In this document: positions 61,901-64,000 of the stretch, in pieces
How positions within the stretch are numbered: position 1 is the first letter of the stretch
Layout: every line of letters begins with the position of its first letter
DNA from: Vitrella brassicaformis CCMP3155
Taxonomy: Eukaryota > Protista > Chromerida
Length of the DNA: 64,000 bases
Assembly (NCBI GenBank): GCA_001179505.1
Contig: CDMY01000231.1
Location: forward strand, 62,001 to 126,000
Direction: 5' to 3'
Program-made: the position numbers and the translations under genes
Notes under the pieces: generated by a model
Databases searched by the model: none
The model's input: the letters and a program-made list of their open reading frames with translations, nothing else
Told to the model about the DNA's origin: nothing

Positions 61901-62338
61901 AAGCACAGACAAACACAGACACCAGAAAACAGACAGAGGTCAGCGATACAGCCCACACGTGTGGCCGTCGGCGGTATGTGCGATGTGATTTGCACCAACC
62001 ACAGGAACTGTACATACCTGCCACTCAGCGGTGTCGGAAGCGCTGAAGTCGAATGGCGCATCGATGTGGTTGCCGCAGTTTTTGCAGTTTTTGCAGGGGA
62101 AGGCCAAGATGGTGCTGCCCGTATCCAGAATGACGCTCTGCCGCTGCGGGACGGGGGATCCCACGAGGATGTCGATGAAGTAGTAGGCGTAGCCGTGGAT
62201 GGAGCCGTAGATGCGCGCCTCCTCCAGCTTCTTGCCCGGCTGACACACCACCACCGCACATGGCACCAACACCAACAGCAGCACCAGCCACAGACAAGGC
62301 CTGACCGGCCGATGACGGCCTCTCCGCCTTGGCAACAT
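58953..62338 (-). CDS. Plasmepsin V / ASP5-like membrane-anchored aspartyl protease (family A1); start could extend to 62500
   Basis: YG.I..YAYYFIDILVG.P..QRQSVILDTGS.ILAFPC.NC.NCG.H, YYQGYTEGSSIAG, GCH..ETKLF..QKASGIVG, VFAICLADQGGILTVGG, VIVDSGTTFTY, VLGMSFM and a C-terminal TM (IWTAAIVGVSAVLIG) with acidic tail. Motif order matches Plasmodium plasmepsin V as I recall it. Confidence 0.85.
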
Positions 62339-62590
62339 CAGACGATCTTCTCCTTTCCGCAGCGAAGAAGACAACACAGCGCTTCTCCACACACAGATAA
62401 GCCTCTTGTCGCCTCCGCCTCGCGCTCTCCTATCTCCTCGGCGAGCTTGTAGCTCGCAGCGAGCGCTGACTCTCTCTTTTGAGTTGTCTCTGGTTTTCAT
62501 CAGCGTGCTTTGGTTGTCGACCCAGGAGAGCAGCGTTCATCTCAATCGTGACTTTCATCGCCTAAGGCGGCGTTCGCCTCAGTCTGCACA

Positions 62591-63757
62591 ATGAAGCTCT
62601 TGGTCCTCTCCCTCCTCTCCCTCTCCTCCTTCCTCGACAGCAGCAGCGCTTTCGTCGTGCGGTCCCCCTCCCCCCTCTCATCGCAGCTTCCCTCCCCTTC
62701 CCGCCCTAGATCACGGTGGTGCCCAACGCAGATGCAGGTGGGCGACGGTGCAAACCACTGCACGTGGGCCATGCAGACCAGACAAGTAGCTATCTGGGGA
62801 ATGTGTTGTTGGTGTGCACTGCGTGTCGTGTCAGGTGTCTGTTGGGGTGTGCATTTATGGCCCCAACTGCTGCAAGAAGACAGAGAAGCAGAATGGCGGG
62901 AGAGATTATAACCTGGTGACGACACAGGCCGTGGCTGACGTGCTCGGCGGCATCAAGGTGACGGCGACGGGCTGCCAGGCCAACTGCAAGCGGGGGCCAA
63001 ACCTGAAGATTACTCAGAGAGGCACGGAGAACAAGCAGGAGTACACGATGGACGCCGAGCAGATCATCGATGCGCTCGAGGCGGCCACCAACAAGATCGG
63101 CAAGTTCCCCCAGAACATGCGTCTGGCTCTCAAGCAGAAGGAGCAGGGCAACCGTGCTCTCATCAAGAAGGATGCCAAGGCCGCCATTCGGTATTACGAG
63201 GACGCCATGAAGAATCTTGGCAAGGGCGGCAAGACGCAGAAGGTGCTGGGGACCATCTATGCTAACAGGTGGGCTGGGCTGGGCTGGGCTGCACTGCAAC
63301 GGAGGTGGAGGGACAGACAGACAGACACGTGCGGTGCGTGTGTGTGTGTGTGTGTGTGTCAGGGCTGCTGCCAAGTTGATTGCCGGTGACACGACCGGCG
63401 CGATGGATGACTGCGAAATGGCAGTGGGAAGAAACCCACAATCAAGGTCAGCAGCCGAGCCGCCTTGGTTCGGTTGACCCACACACACAGGCCTGATGCT
63501 GCTTGGCCTGCACTCATCGTCCGTCCGTCCTTTGTCTGTCGTTCGTTGTGCACTGCCCACCACACAGGGTAGCGTGGGTGCGCAAGGGCGACGCTTTGAA
63601 GCTGTCCGGCAACCCCGATGCAGCCGAGGAGGCGTATGAGAAGGCAGCATCCCTCGACAAGTTCCGATCTGATGACGTCAGGTCGGGAGCTGAGAAGGTC
63701 GGCAAGGGAGGCCCCTTCGGCATGGGCCCGAAGTATCAGGTCTACGACTTGGTGTGA
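62591..63757 (+). CDS. Plastid-targeted thioredoxin-like [2Fe-2S] ferredoxin plus TPR protein
   Basis: Signal ending SSA|FVV plus Ser/Pro/Arg transit peptide; VCIYGPNCC...GCQANCKRGP Cys pattern; TPR helices (LKQKEQGNRAL, IYANR|AAAKL, AWVRKGDAL..AEEAYEKA). Confidence 0.75.
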
Positions 63758-64000
63758 GTGACGTGACAGCACGGATTGGGCTGCTCGCGTAGCTGGCTTG
63801 GGGGGCGCGGGGGATGTGTGCTACACGTCGTGTGTTGTCGGGTGCGTGCATTTTTCTCCCATCGGCCTATATCATGTGTGTGGCCGGAGACTGTTTGATA
63901 CGATAGATACGCGCTGGGGAGGACATGACGTCCATGAGTGAGTGCATCTGTGTGTGTGTGTACAGCTCCGTCGTATACATGTACTTGGCTACTGCTCATG

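Noticed and set aside
1-64000. rRNA, tRNA or autonomous mobile elements
   Set aside because: No recognisable cloverleaf, rRNA signature, transposase, reverse transcriptase or integrase motifs seen by eye. Not excluded without tRNAscan/Infernal/RepeatMasker.

Overview
Intron-rich, GC-rich eukaryotic DNA with (GACA)n/(CCAT)n/(TG)n microsatellites in introns and two 300-N scaffold gaps. Several features point to a chromerid alveolate, most likely Vitrella brassicaformis or a relative (inference): bipartite signal+Phe transit peptides, a plasmepsin V/ASP5-type protease, a 37-aa heptatricopeptide repeat protein and lineage-specific expanded families. About 25 spliced genes can be modelled by hand. 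Recognisable ones are Seh1, a GH10 xylanase, Urm1, a TauD dioxygenase, UTP23, 3-hydroxyisobutyrate dehydrogenase, a GDPD1-like enzyme, a SET protein, a PLAC8 protein, an HPR protein, an MDR-thioredoxin fusion and a Trx-like ferredoxin-TPR protein. The standout is the first 19 kb, a recently tandem-amplified cluster of secreted peptide precursors. Two four-exon polyprotein genes each release three cationic glycine-zipper peptides between acidic spacers at RxL motifs, with one repeat per exon. One precursor carries a double C-C-CC disulfide peptide and another a 14-Cys protein. All share a signal peptide / acidic pro-region / RxL(x)(E/Q/D) design resembling the PEXEL/TEXEL motif. A clear plasmepsin V/ASP5 homologue, the protease class that cleaves such motifs in apicomplexans, lies at 59-62 kb in the same window. 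Exon boundaries were derived by eye, and function assignments rest on remembered family motifs, not database searches.
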